Position numbers and translations under genes: made by a program. 64,000 bases of DNA, taken from NCBI RefSeq assembly GCF_006345805.1, contig NC_042999.1, positions 164,610,001 to 164,674,000 on the forward strand. Reading direction: 5' to 3'. Of the stretch, positions 1 to 12,465 are shown in pieces (positions within the stretch are counted from its first letter, which is position 1; each line of letters begins with the position of its first letter). This DNA is from Octopus sinensis. Lineage: Eukaryota. Under the pieces are notes generated by a model, which was not told the origin of the DNA, did not search any database, and worked only from the letters and a program-made list of their open reading frames with translations.

Positions 1-44
1 ACTATTATTATTTTTATTATTATCATTATCATTATTATTATGAC

Positions 45-1340
45 ATTGAGCTGGCAGAATCATTAGCACATTGAACAAAATGTGGCATTTTATTTGGCTC
101 TTTATGTTCACGGTTGAAATTCTGCTGAGACTTATTCTACCTCTCATCTTGAATACCTGTTGAGCACAAAATTTCATGCATTGTGCCTATTCTGTAAATG
201 ATCATTACAATCATTATATCATTATTAAGGTGGCAAGCTGACACAATCATTAGCATGCCATGCAAGATGCATTGTGACCTTCCTTATATTCTGAGTTCAA
301 ATTCTGCTGAGGTTGACTTTGCATTTCATCCTTTTGGGGTCAATAAAATAAATACCAGTTACGCACTGGGGTCAATGTAAATGACTATCCCCCACCTCCA
401 AAATTTCAGGCTTTGTGCCTATAGTAGAAAAGATTATTATTATTATTGTATGTGAGCCCTTGTGGCTAATAAAAGAATGAATTATTATTATCATCATCAT
501 CATTATCAATGTGATAGTGGTAGATGGGCAGGACCTTTAGAGTTTGGAAAAAACTCCTTTTTTCAGTTTTTTATATTCTGCCAAGGTCAACAGTCTGAAT
601 TTCATCTCTCCAGTATCAATAAAAATAAAGTACCAGTCGCATACTGGAGTTGATAGTATGGACAACTCACCCTCCTCACAAAATTACTGGCCTAGGGCTA
701 CAAATCAGAAATTATTATTCCTATTGTTATTATTATGAGAGCACTGACCTGGAAGAATCATTAGCAGCATTTTGCCCATCTTTATGTTCTGAGGGTAGAT
801 GAAGTAAGAACTAGTTGAGTACTTATTTCATCTCATAATTGCACAAGGCGACAAGCTGGCAGAACTATTAGCATGCTGGGCAAAATGCTTAGAAGCATTT
901 CGTCCAGCAATTTAGGGAAGGGGGGATAACTTGATTACATTGACCCCAGTGTTCAAATAGTACTTATTTTATTGACCCTGAAAGGATGAAAGGCAAAGTG
1001 GAATTTGAACTTAGAACATAAAGACGGATGAAATACCACTAAACATTTTGCCTGGCATACTAATGACTCTGTCAGCTCATCACCTTAATAATTAGAATAA
1101 TAATAATAATAATAAATAATGGTTTCAAAATTTTGCCACAAGGGCAGCAATTTTGGGGGAGAGGATGAGTTGATTACATTGATCCCAGTGTTCAACTGGT
1201 ACTAATTTTATCAACTCCAAAAGCATGAAAAGGAAAGTCGACCTCAGCAGAATTTGAACTCAGAACTTGAAGACAGATGAAATGCTGCTAAGCATTTTGC
1301 CTAGCATACTAATGATTCTGTCAGCTCATCACCTTAATAA
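45..1340 (+). mobile_element. Cluster of about five decayed tRNA-derived SINEs (called family B here)
   Basis: Repeated heads gagctggcagaatc(a/g)ttagca...ttctgagttcaaattc, similar to the full copy at 61190-61423. Some pieces are rearranged. Confidence 0.8.
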
Positions 1341-1820
1341 TATTAGCAAGAATAATATCTCATCAAAAAAGAATTTGACAAGCTCAGAATATACAATGAT
1401 CTGCTTATTGAAATCAGAAAAAAGATGGCATCTCAAGATGCTTACAATACCAATGATTGTAGGAGCATTTGGAATGATCAAACAAGGAGCTTGAAAATTA
1501 TTTGAGAATGATCCCTTGCTTACCATCCATGCAAGAAGTGCAAAACATTGTTTTAACTGGTATGTCACATATATTGAAAAGAGCATTGTCGCTGTGAATT
1601 TTCTTTCCTTTTTCCCCCTTTATTTTCTTGTTTTTCATTATTTTCTATTTTTTCTTTTCTCTTTCTTTCTTTTTTCCTTTTTTTTCTATCACATATCTTG
1701 ACTTTGTAGATGAACAATTGGGTGTGTTTATTTTAATAGCCTACCCATGTATACAGTGAATTTCTTTGCTCTAAGTGTTGATAAGACACTCGGCAAAAAA
1801 AAAATGGTAACAAAATTGAA

Positions 1821-1822
<2 letters not shown>

Positions 1823-1872
<50 letters not shown>

Positions 1873-1884
1873 CAACAATAATAA
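1823..1884. repeat. (AAT)n/(AAC)n microsatellite
   Basis: Direct reading. Confidence 0.95.
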
Positions 1885-1892
1885 TAAATCAG

Positions 1893-2110
1893 CATCATTT
1901 TAACATCAATTTTTCCATGCTTGTGTGGGTTGAATGGAATTTGCTGAGGTGGATTTTCTATGGCAGGATGCCTTTCTTGTACAAGGGATCTTGTTTCCAA
2001 GTAAGGTAATATTTCACCATGACCAGACATGTTTTCATGGAAGATTGGAAACAAAGCACATTGCTTGCATGACAATTGTTTACAATTATCATGCAATGTC
2101 AATGTAAGGA
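1893..2110 (-). mobile_element. Interspersed repeat sharing the RTE-type 3' tail (family F). Other copies at about 18170-18410, 40930-41135 and 51100-51290.
   Basis: Begins catcattttaacatc...ccatgct...gggttg, the reverse complement of the RTE tail. Shared internal tgtttccaagtaaggtaatatt motif. Confidence 0.6.
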
Positions 2111-2129
2111 CATAGTAAAACACACACAC

Positions 2130-2330
2130 ACATTTTTATGAGCCTGCATGCATATAAACATACACCTATAAACATATGTATATGATGGGCTTCTATCAAA
2201 TTCCATCTACTAAATTCACTCACAAGATTTTGATCAGCCCACTGCTCAAGTAGATGATGACACTTGCCCGAATGAACCAGGAACCGAATGTGGTTGAGAA
2301 GCAAACTTCTTACTACACAACCATGCCTGT
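2130..2330 (-). mobile_element. tRNA-derived SINE family A, 5' half
   Basis: Reverse complement of the head of the 14483-14871 copy. Confidence 0.75.
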
Positions 2331-3019
2331 GTTTTTAATTTGTTTACAAAAGAAATAATTACTAAAACTAAAATGGATAGCAGTGACTCTCCCACCACAC
2401 ATGCACCAATGATGAGGAGGATGTTGATGATAGTAATGTTATTTTTGTTTTTCTCTTTAAAGACTAAGATGTTTGACATGAACAGCTGAGGTTACAGAGT
2501 TCTCCTAAAATTAAACACAAGTAAGGTTTTAACTGATGAGAGTTCAAAACAAATTAATATATAAATAAATAAATGATGATCAATTAGGTTCATGGGTTGT
2601 CAGTAAGGTTAAAAGCTGAGCTTCCACAACAAACAACTTTACTGTATTCTGCGGGTGAGAATGGAATATCATTTACATTAGGGTGTCAACAGAACAATTT
2701 GAGCTTTATGCTAGAAAACAGTATGAGAACCAGAATGAGAAATAAACCACCATATTCTGAGAATTATAAAAAAAACATTTGTTCTGAGTACATACATACA
2801 TACATATAAATATGCATGCATACATACATGTGTGTATGTGAATATATTTTTCTTTTACCCTCTTTTACCCGCTTTCTATGTGATTTTAAGTGTAATAGGA
2901 GAAATTAATCAACCAACATTTATATTGACTGTATAAATACACGTGTGTATACAACACACATACACATAAATATAAATATGTGTGTGTGTGTACATATTTA
3001 TGTATGAGTTTGTCAGCAG

Positions 3020-3415
3020 AATTGAACCCATCCACCACGGCAGAAGTGATACCAGTGTTGGTGCCACATACCAAAAGCACTCATGCTGGTGCAACATTAA
3101 AAGTGCTGGTGCCACATAAAAAGCATGTAGTACACTGTAGAATGGTTGGTATTAGGAAGGGTGGCCAGGCATAGAAACTATGCCATAACAGACAATGGAG
3201 CCTGGTGTGATCCCTGGCCTTACTAGCTCTTATCAACTGACCAACCCATGCTAGCATGAAAAATGGACATTAAATGACGATGCTGATGTATGTATATATG
3301 TGTGTGTGGTAGGCATTAAGAAGGGCAACTAGCCATAGAAATCATGTTAAGGCAGACAGTGAAGCTTGGTGCAGGCTTCTGACTTGCTAGTTACTGTCAA
3401 ACCATCCAACCATGC
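3020..3415 (+). mobile_element. Two decayed RTE 3' UTR fragments
   Basis: ggtattaggaagggtggccag...ccaacccatgctagcatg...gatga tail motifs. Confidence 0.65.
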
Positions 3416-3469
3416 CATCACAGAAGGAGTATATCAAATGATGTGTTTGTATATATTTATATATCTCTT

Positions 3470-3860
3470 ATATTATACTTGTTTCAATCACTGGACTATG
3501 GCCATACCGAAGCACTACCTCAAGGGGGTTAGTCAAACAAATCAGCCCTGATGATTTTTTTTTTAAAGTCTGGTACTTATCCTATCAGTCTCTTTTGTCG
3601 AACCACTAAGTGACATAAAGAAACCAACACTAGCTGTCAAGTGGTGGTGGTGGTGCAAGACAAATACAACACAAAGACACACATGTAGATATATACTTAT
3701 CTATTTACGAGAGGGCCTTCTTTAAGTTTCTGTCTACCAAACGTGCTTGCAAGGCTTTGGTCAGCCTGGGGCTATACCAGAAGTAATTTGGCCAAGGTGT
3801 CATGCATTGGGACTGAACTCAGAACCATGTGGTTGGAAAGTAAACTTCTTACTATACAGC
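3470..3860 (-). mobile_element. SINE family A
   Basis: Similar to the reverse complement of 14483-14871 along its length. Confidence 0.8.
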
Positions 3861-4009
3861 TATATGTGTGTGTATATATATATATAAATATACGTACATG
3901 TGTGTAATATATGTACATGTGTGTAAGTATGTATATATATGTATATATGTGTATGTGTGTGTGTGTATATATATATGTATGTATATGTGTATGTGTATGT
4001 GTATGTGTA

Positions 4010-4074
<65 letters not shown>

Positions 4075-4534
4075 AAGTTTATATGTATGTATCCGTCTAT
4101 ATAATAGGTAACTGCACGTACATATACTTAATATTTATTATTTATTTTTTGAGTATGCATGTACGAATAACTGCGCGTATATATATTTTACTATTTACTT
4201 ATTTTTTGAGTATGCATGTAAGTATGAATATAAGGAGGCACGTGTGTGTGTGTGTATGTGTAAGCATAGATATATGTATACTTTTACGCATGTGTGTACT
4301 TATGTGTATATATGGATGCGCGTGTGTGTGTGTGTGTGTATGGGTACGCATGTACATGTGTATGTGCGTGTAGTGTATATATATGTATATGTGTGTGTAT
4401 GCGTATGTGTGTGTATATATATATATATATATGTGTATATATATGTGAATATATATATATATATTATATATATATATATATATGTATGTATATGTGTATG
4501 TGTATATATATGTGTGTGTGTGTATATATATATA

Positions 4535-4565
<31 letters not shown>

Positions 4566-4721
4566 GTGTGTATGTGTAGGTATGCATAGGTACACATATG
4601 TATATATATATATATGTATGTATATGTGTATGTGTATATATATGTGTGTGTGTGTATGTGTAAGCATAGATATATGTATACTTTTACGCATGTGTGTACT
4701 TATGTGTATATATGGATGCGC

Positions 4722-4755
<34 letters not shown>

Positions 4756-4906
4756 GTGTATATATATGTGTGTATGTGTAGGTATGCATAGGTACACATA
4801 TGTATATATATATATAATATATATATATATAAATATACGTACATGTGTGTAATATATGTACATGTGTGTAAGTATGTATATATATGTATATGTGTGTGTA
4901 TGCGTA

Positions 4907-4942
<36 letters not shown>

Positions 4943-4990
4943 CGTAGCCGCCGATTATATATATATATATACGTAGCCGCCGATTATATA
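3860..4990. repeat. Compound (TA)/(TG) microsatellite with internal micro-duplications
   Basis: Direct reading. Confidence 0.9.
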
Positions 4991-4999
4991 CATTATATA

Positions 5000-6788
5000 C
5001 GTTGTATACATTCGAAGCTTTCTTCCAGGGGATCTAATGCGCTTGCTTAGATTTCCCTTGGCGGGCCGGCCATATCGGAGCAATCTCAAGATTATCAGCC
5101 GAAATTGCTAAGATGATCTGGTTCTTGACTGATGACTGAGGGCTTCGAATGTCCCGTCCTGTGGTTCTTGTGTCGTCTCTGTGGTGTTTCATGTTCTTGT
5201 CCATGTCTGTATTTAATTTTACTGTTTACCTATATAATCGGCGGCTACGTATCCACAATTGTCCTTATACGATAAGTATATTTTTTTTCTCAAGCTTTGA
5301 TACGACTCTTAATCTGTCTCTTTTTCTCTCTCTCCCTCCTCCCTTATTCCACTTCCGTTCTTTCCCTCTCCATCCGTCCCCCCCCTTTCTACGTTTCTCT
5401 ATCTCTCTCACCTCCAGCCCCTCGATCTGTCTCTTCTTCTCCTCCCTCGTCCACCTTCTCTCCTTTTCATCTGTCCCTTTCTCCTGTCTTTTGTTCTCAC
5501 GTGACAGCTAGCCGCTGTTGAGCGCTCTTTTCGTTTTCAGCAGCCTCAGAAGCAACACGTATGTGTTCGTCTCCCCGTGGCCTTTAGGCACAACTTCACA
5601 AGCCAGCCCCTACTCAAATCGTCCTGTCGAAAGACCCTTGTCCTACGTCCTGTTTTTGTTTTGTTGTTTATTTTTTATTTTTACCGTTATTGTTTTTACG
5701 TTTTTGTATTCTTATTGGTGCACGTATTCTGTATTTTTGTTTGTGTACTTCGATCGTTTTCCGTCCTTTCGTTGTTGTATACATTCGAAGCTTTCTCCAG
5801 GGGATCTAATGCGCTTGCTTAGATTTCCTTGGCGGGCCGGCCATATCGGAGCAATCTCAAGATTAATCAGCCGAAATTGCTAAGATGATCTGGTTCTTGA
5901 CTGATGACTGAGGGCTTCGAATGTCCCGTCCTGTGGTTCTTGTGTCGTCTCTGTGGTGTTTCATGTTCTTGTCCATGTCTGTATTTAATTTTACTGTTTA
6001 CCTATATAATCGGCGGCTACGTATCCACAATTGTCCTTATACGATAAGTAAATTTTTTTTTTTTTTTTTTCTCAAGCTTTGATACGACTTAATCTCTCTC
6101 TTTTTCTCTCTCTCTCCTCCTCCCTTATTCCACTTCCGTTCTTTCCCTCTCCATCCGTCCCCCCCCCTTTCTAGTTTCTCTATCTCTCTCACCTCCAGCC
6201 CCTCGATCTGTCTCTTTCTTCTCCTCCATCGTCCACCTTCTCTCCCTTTTCATCTGTCCCTTTCTCCTGTCTTTTTCTCCACGTGACAGCTAGCCGCTGT
6301 TGAGCGCTCTTTTGTTTCAGCAGCCTCAGAAGCAACACGTATGTGTTCGTCTCCCCGTGGCCTTTAGGCACAACTTCACAAGCCAGCCCCTACTCAAATC
6401 GTCTGTCGAAAGACCCTTGTCCTACGTCCTGTTTTTGTTTTGTGTTTATTTTTTATTTTTACCGTTATTGTTTTTACGTTTTTGTATTCTTATTGGTGTC
6501 ACGTATTCTGTATTTTTGTTTGTGTACTTCGATCGTTTTCCGTCCTTTCGTTGTATACATTCGAAGCTTTCTTCCAGGGGATCTAATGCGCTTGGCTTAG
6601 ATTTCCTTGGCGGGCCGGCCATATCGGAGCAATCTCAAGATTAATCAGCCGAAATTGCTAAGATGATCTGGTTCTGGACTGATGACTGAGGGTTTCGAAT
6701 GTCCCGTCCTGTGGTTCTTGTGTCGTCTCTGTGGTGTTTCATGTTCTTGTCCATGTCTGTATTTAATTTTACTGTTTACCTATATAAT
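5000..6788. mobile_element. Head-to-tail tandem array, about 2.3 copies of a ~775-bp non-coding unit; Penelope pLTR/retrozyme-like
   Basis: The anchor gtatacattcgaag recurs at 5004, 5777 and 6553. The array is flanked by (TA)n and has inverted 21-nt tails at 4941 and 4970. Confidence 0.7.
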
Positions 6789-7180
6789 ATATATATATAT
6801 ACATGTATGTATATGTAGTATGTGTGTGTATATGTGTGTGTGTATGTGTATATATGTGTATATAGGGACTAGTGTGCTGTGTGTGCATGTGTGTGTGTGG
6901 ATATGGTGTGTATGCGTGTATGTGAGTATGTGTGTGTATGTGTATATATATTTTTTGTGCGTATATGTATGTGTGGTCGTGTGTGTATATATACATGTGT
7001 GTATACGTGTATGCATGTGAGTGTGTGTATGTATACATATATGTGTATGTGTAGATATGTATATGTATGTGTATGTGTAAGTGTATATATATGTATATAT
7101 ATGTGTGTGTATGTATGTGTGTATGTATATGTATATATGTTTGTATGTGTGTGTATGTATGTATACATGTGTGCATAGGT
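6789..7180. repeat. (TG)/(TA) compound microsatellite
   Basis: Direct reading. Confidence 0.9.
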
Positions 7181-7482
7181 ATAAGTGAGAATCTCCTTAT
7201 TTACCTAAAACTCTATTCCCCTTTTTTTATATAGATTTTTTTATTTTTTTATTTTTTATTTTTTATTTATTCTTCTATCTAATTTAACACTGACTCCTTG
7301 ACCACTCCCCCAAGTATGATATTTTGCGCTATGCCTACCCCCAAAAAGTCCCCCACCAACACCCCTTTAAACCTGCCTAAATGTATAAATGCCAATACAA
7401 TTCTTGTTAACTAGCTTCCTGAAGATTTCTCTTGAATGAAACAGTTCTAGTCCTGTAGAAGCTCCTTCTATATAATAAATTA

Positions 7483-7528
<46 letters not shown>

Positions 7529-7536
7529 ATATATAT

Positions 7537-7818
7537 CACGTCACGTGACCGACCAGTCCATCGATGTAGTTACACATCGCTGGTTACAATGCGTTTGCTT
7601 TAGCCTTCGAATGACACCACCCCGCTGGCTAAGTGAGCAGGCCAACAGAGGAAAGAGTGAGAGAAAGAGTGGTGAAGGAGTACAGCAGGGATCACCACCC
7701 CCTGCCAGAGCGTCGTGGAGCTTTAGGTGTTTTTGCTCAATAAACACACAACACCCGGTCTGGGAATCGAAACCGCGATCCTACGACCGCGAGTCCGCTG
7801 CCCTAACCACTGGGCCTC

Positions 7819-7821
<3 letters not shown>
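7537..7821 (-). mobile_element. Young tRNA-derived SINE (family D)
   Basis: The minus-strand head gtggaggcccagtggttagggcagcggactc...ggtttcgattccc has A- and B-box-like motifs. The element is CpG-rich and ends in cacgtgacgtg. Confidence 0.85.
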
Positions 7822-7857
<36 letters not shown>

Positions 7858-7860
<3 letters not shown>

Positions 7861-8025
7861 GAGGCCCAGTGGTTAGGGCAGCGGACTCGCGGTCGTAGGG
7901 TGGAGGCCCAGTGGTTAGGGCAGCGGACTCGCGGTCGTAGGATCGCGGTTTCGATTCCCAGACCGGGTGTTGTGTGTTTATTGAGCAAAAACACCTAAAG
8001 CTCCACGACGCTCTGGCAGGGGGTG

Positions 8026-8030
<5 letters not shown>
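7858..8030 (+). mobile_element. Inverted partial duplicates of the adjacent family D SINE head (42 bp + 131 bp)
   Basis: 7900-8030 is the exact reverse complement of 7691-7821. 7858-7899 repeats its first 42 nt. Confidence 0.9.
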
Positions 8031-8077
<47 letters not shown>

Positions 8078-8589
8078 TGAATTACACACACACGCACTCG
8101 TATGTATGTATATACCAGCCGTATTCATATAGTTTAGTCATTGTGGAAACAGGCACTTCTTTGAACCTTTTCATATTATCTGAAATTCAAGAACATGCTG
8201 CATTGGCTGGCGAGTTATGATCTTTTTTGTGAGATCATTCACTGAGAGGCTGACATGGGTGAACAGAAAGTTCCAGTGGGTTAACTTCTGGAGAAGAAGG
8301 TTTGAGTAGAGTGTTTATGATCAAACAGGAACGATTACTTTACAGATGAATGCATCAATTAACACTAAGTAAGTTGATCTGTTAGTTTGAAGAGAGTAAG
8401 TGATTATTGTGTGGCAGTTGTGGTGGTGGTCATGGTTAGTATGGTTAATGGTTCAAGTTAAGGTAAGGAGCTTTTGTGAGAAACATGGCTGGGTATTGTA
8501 CATCAAACACAGTTTTAGCCTATTGTTTGCACTGAATCATTGATTTCTGAAACTGGCACAAGGCCACAGTTTTTTTCAATATTTTACCT

Positions 8590-9020
8590 TTATCTTTTCT
8601 CTTTTACTTGTTTCAGCCATTGGACAGGAGCCATGCTGGGGAACTGCCTTTGAAGGGTTTAGTTGAACAAATCAATCTCAGTATTCAAGTCTGGTTCTTG
8701 CTCTATTCGCTTCTTTTGCCAAACTGCTAAGTTACGGGGACTTAAATAAACCAACACTGGTTGTTAAATGGTGATGTGGAACAAACATAAACACCCACCC
8801 ACACATGTGTGTGTGTGTGTATACATATATATAAATATATATATACACACACACATGACAGGCTTCCACACAGTTTTTATCAAGCAAATTCACTCACAAA
8901 GCATTGGTTGGCCTGGGGCTATAACAGAAAGACACTTCCCCAAGGTGCTACATGGTGGGACTGAACCTGAAACTATATGGTTGCAAAGCAAGCTTCTTAA
9001 CCATACAGCCATGCCTGTGC
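8590..9020 (-). mobile_element. SINE family A
   Basis: Similar to the reverse complement of 14483-14871. Confidence 0.8.
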
Positions 9021-9228
9021 CTATAATCTCTAAACACATTAATCCTTTTGATATCAACCTGCCGGAGACCACCCCCAGTTCTAAGACACAAACTTACTGT
9101 TTTACAGTGAACTAAATCCTAATCTTCGATCAAAGCTTTAGGCTAATTAATGTGCCAGACACCATTTTAATAACAACAAAGTTATTTTAATAAATTCCTT
9201 CATTACTTCAAAAATTAATTGAAACAAA

Positions 9229-11125
9229 GACATTTCGGATTGCAAGACAGTGTGAGAGAGAGAGTTTTCTGTGATGTCAGAGGAGAGAAATGTGTCCACA
9301 TGGATGATGGTGCACTTGCTTTTAATGATTCTGAAAAGAAAGAGGCTTGGAGAAGCCATTATGAAAGACTGCTGAATGTGGAGAATGAATGGGAGGAGGA
9401 GAGCCAGACAAATGTTGACCCAGTAGAGGGACCAGCTATCCCAATAGACAGCTCCCTAGTAGATAAAGCAATTTAGGGTATGAAGCCAGGAAAAGCCCCT
9501 GGCCCATCAGGAATCACTGCTGAGATGCTTAAAACATCTGGTGGTGTGGGCTATGGCCTAGTCACCCACATTGTAAACCAGGTAGTTCATGATGGAGTCA
9601 CACCCAATGACTGGCGTAGCAGTACCATAGTCAACTGCTACAAGGGTAAAGGTGATGCTCTAGATAGAAATAACTACAGGGGTATCAAACTGCTGGATCA
9701 GGTGATGAAGGTCACGGAGAGCATCACAGCCCATCTCATCAGGGAGAGAGTTTGCTTAGATGAAATGCAGTTCGGTTTTGTGCTGGGTAGAAGCACCACT
9801 GATGCCATATTCCTGGTTCAACAACTGCAAGAGAAATACCTAGCTAAAGATAAACCCCTCTACTTAGCTTTTGTGGACTTGGAAAAAGCCTTTGACAGGG
9901 TCCCTCAATCCCTTATCTGGTGGGCGATGCAGAAACTGGAGATTGATGAATGGTTAATAAGGGCTGTACAGGCCCTTTACAGAGAGGCTGTTAGTAAGGT
10001 TAGGATTGGCAATGAGTATAGTGAAGAATTCCAGGTAGAAGTAGGGGTCCACCAAGGTTCAGCCCTCAGTCCCCTTTTATTCATCATAGTCCTCCAGGCA
10101 ATAACAGGAATTCAAGATGGGTTGCCCCTGGGAGCTCCTCTATGCTAATGACCTGGCCTTCATAGCAGAATCATTACCGAAACCAGAAAAGAAATTTCGT
10201 GTGTGGAAGCTAGGTTTAGAATCAAAGGGCCTTAGAGTCAATGAAGCAAAGACAAAAGTTCTAGTAAGTAGGAAGGCGAACTCATCACACACTCCCTTAG
10301 GTAGGTAGCCCTGCTCGATCTGTAGAAAAGGTGTAGGTAGAAGCTCCATAAGTTGTACCCAGTGTAAGCTATGGACACATAAGAGTTGCAGCAACATCAA
10401 AGGAAATTTAACCAAGAAGATAGCTTTTGTGTGCAGCAGATGCGTAGGGACAATAGACACCATTGATACTCAGAAAATAGATTCCATCACACCCCAGGGG
10501 GAGAAACTAGAAGTAGTTGATAGTTTCTGCTACCTAGGTGACCAAGTTAGTAGTGGAAGTGGATGCTCAGAGAGTGTTACCACTAGAATAAGAATAGCCT
10601 GAGCAAAGTTTAGAAAGCTTCTTTCCCTACTGGCAACCCTTTGTCGCCACTAGGGGACCCGAAAATGAAGTGAGTTCATGGCTCACTGGATGGCCTGCTG
10701 TGCTAACCTTGGATTGTAGGGCGACCTGCTGTGCTTGAGGAGACCTATTGAGTCAAGTACATCAACATCAAAATAAAAATCAATGGAAACTGTAGTTGTG
10801 ATACCCATACCGGTAGCACATAAAAAGCACCATCTGAACGTGGCCGATGCCAGCGCCGCCTTGACTGGCATCCGTGCCGGTGACACGTAAAAAGCACCAA
10901 CCGATTGTGGCTGTTTGCCAGCCTCCTCTGGCCCCTGTGCTGGTGGCACGTAAAATGCACCCACTACACTCATGGAGTGGTTGGCATTAGGAAGGGCATC
11001 CAGCTGTAGAAACACTGCCAGATCAGACTGGAGCCTGGTGCAGCCTCCTGGCTTCCCAGACCCAGGTCGAACTGTCCAACCCATGCTAGCATGGAAAACA
11101 GATGTTAAACAATGATGATGATGAC
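9229..11125 (+). mobile_element. 5'-truncated, internally deleted RTE-clade LINE with a decayed reverse transcriptase
   Basis: Motifs NYRGIKLL, QFGFVLGRSTTDAI, FVDLEKAFDRVP, GVHQGSALSPLLF and LLYANDL (YADD decayed to YAND). Stops at 9477 and 10306, frameshift near 10108, jump to the 3' UTR near 10640, (GAT)n tail. Confidence 0.93.
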
Positions 11126-12099
11126 ATATGTCAACAGAAATATGTTAATAAAAGGGCCAATGTGTCCCAATTTCTTATAAATCTTTTGTAAACATACAAA
11201 TACGTCTTGAGTTTAATGGCACTTAAATGAATAGGGTTCTATTCACTGCTAATATACTGGCTCCATGATTTACTCTTTCCACATGGATTTTTTGTTGATA
11301 ATGTACATTGCATCCCTTAATCATCAAGGCAATATTTTTTCCTATGCAAAAACCAGTGTGTGGTTCATTGCCAGTTACACAAATCCAGCTTAAACTGAAC
11401 TAAATAAACAGCTGTCTTCAAATTGCCACCAGCCAAACAACAGCAAACCAGTTATTGTCATATTTGCAAATAAGGATTGTAGACAGGGCAGCAAAACAAA
11501 ATGAGTATTGTTGCAAAAGATGAGGATGATGATGATGAGGATGATGATGAAGATGGTGATAAAATAATAAAACTGTTTTAAGTTAGAAGCTGAATGGACA
11601 GAAGATAAGAAATTAAGAAGAATGGATGAGATGAGAAAATTGATAAATAGCAGAACTATCAATTCTTTAAGCATATGGCATTCTTCTTTCTTGTTACTAA
11701 GTATTATTTCACTGTTGTTGACAGAGCAGCAGAATTTACAGAAATATGGTGAGAGTGAAATTCCACCTCTTCATACAGAGTGTCAAGAATTTCTCCATTA
11801 CAGCTTCACAACATACTCATCTATAGAAACGAACAGCAACACAAATATTCTGGCAGACAGTTTCTACAACAAAGCTGAAGATAACTCATTCTGATGTAGA
11901 AAAAACACAACAAAAAACAAGCACAGGGTTATTTGCTTTCAACTGAAGCAACAGACAAATGCCCACGACATAGCTTCATGTAGGAGATGGAATCATTCGA
12001 TTATAGCAGATACTTCTCAGTGATTTCGTTATTGGTTTGGTAGAAGTTGGATAAGTTTAAAAATTCAGACTTGTAAACTGTATATTGATCTTTTATCTT

Positions 12100-12465
12100 T
12101 TACTTGTCTCAATTGTTAGACTGCAGTCACGTAGGGACACCACCTTGAAGAACTCTTAGTCGAATGAATTGACCCCAGGATTTTTTAAAGCCTAGTTCTT
12201 ATTCTATCAATCTCTTTTGCAGAACTGCTAAGTTATGGGGTTGTAAACACACTAACGCCAGTTGTCAAGTGGTGGTGGTGGACAAATACAGGCACAAACA
12301 TATATATATTGTGGGTTTCTTTGAGTTTCCTTCTAACAAATCCACTCACAAGGCTTTGGTTGCCTTGGGGCTAAAGTAGAAGACACTTGCCACACATTGG
12401 GACTGAACCCAGAACTATGTGGTTGGGAAACAAGCTTCTTACCGCACAGCCATGCCTGTGCCTAT
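12100..12465 (-). mobile_element. SINE family A
   Basis: Similar to the reverse complement of 14483-14871. Confidence 0.8.

Noticed and set aside
2525-2565. CTGATGA-gagttc-aaaac hammerhead-like string
   Set aside because: No GAAA and no viable stem II.
3868-4844. Many long ORFs rich in YI/CV/HT (also at about 6769-7178, 20136-20697 and 58477-59278)
   Set aside because: They are translations of TA/CA/TG microsatellites.
5101-5150. Canonical hammerhead call in the tandem element (GAAA at 5101, CTGATGA at 5129, GAAT at 5147)
   Set aside because: Stems I and II do not close adjacent to the core in either the type I or type II arrangement.
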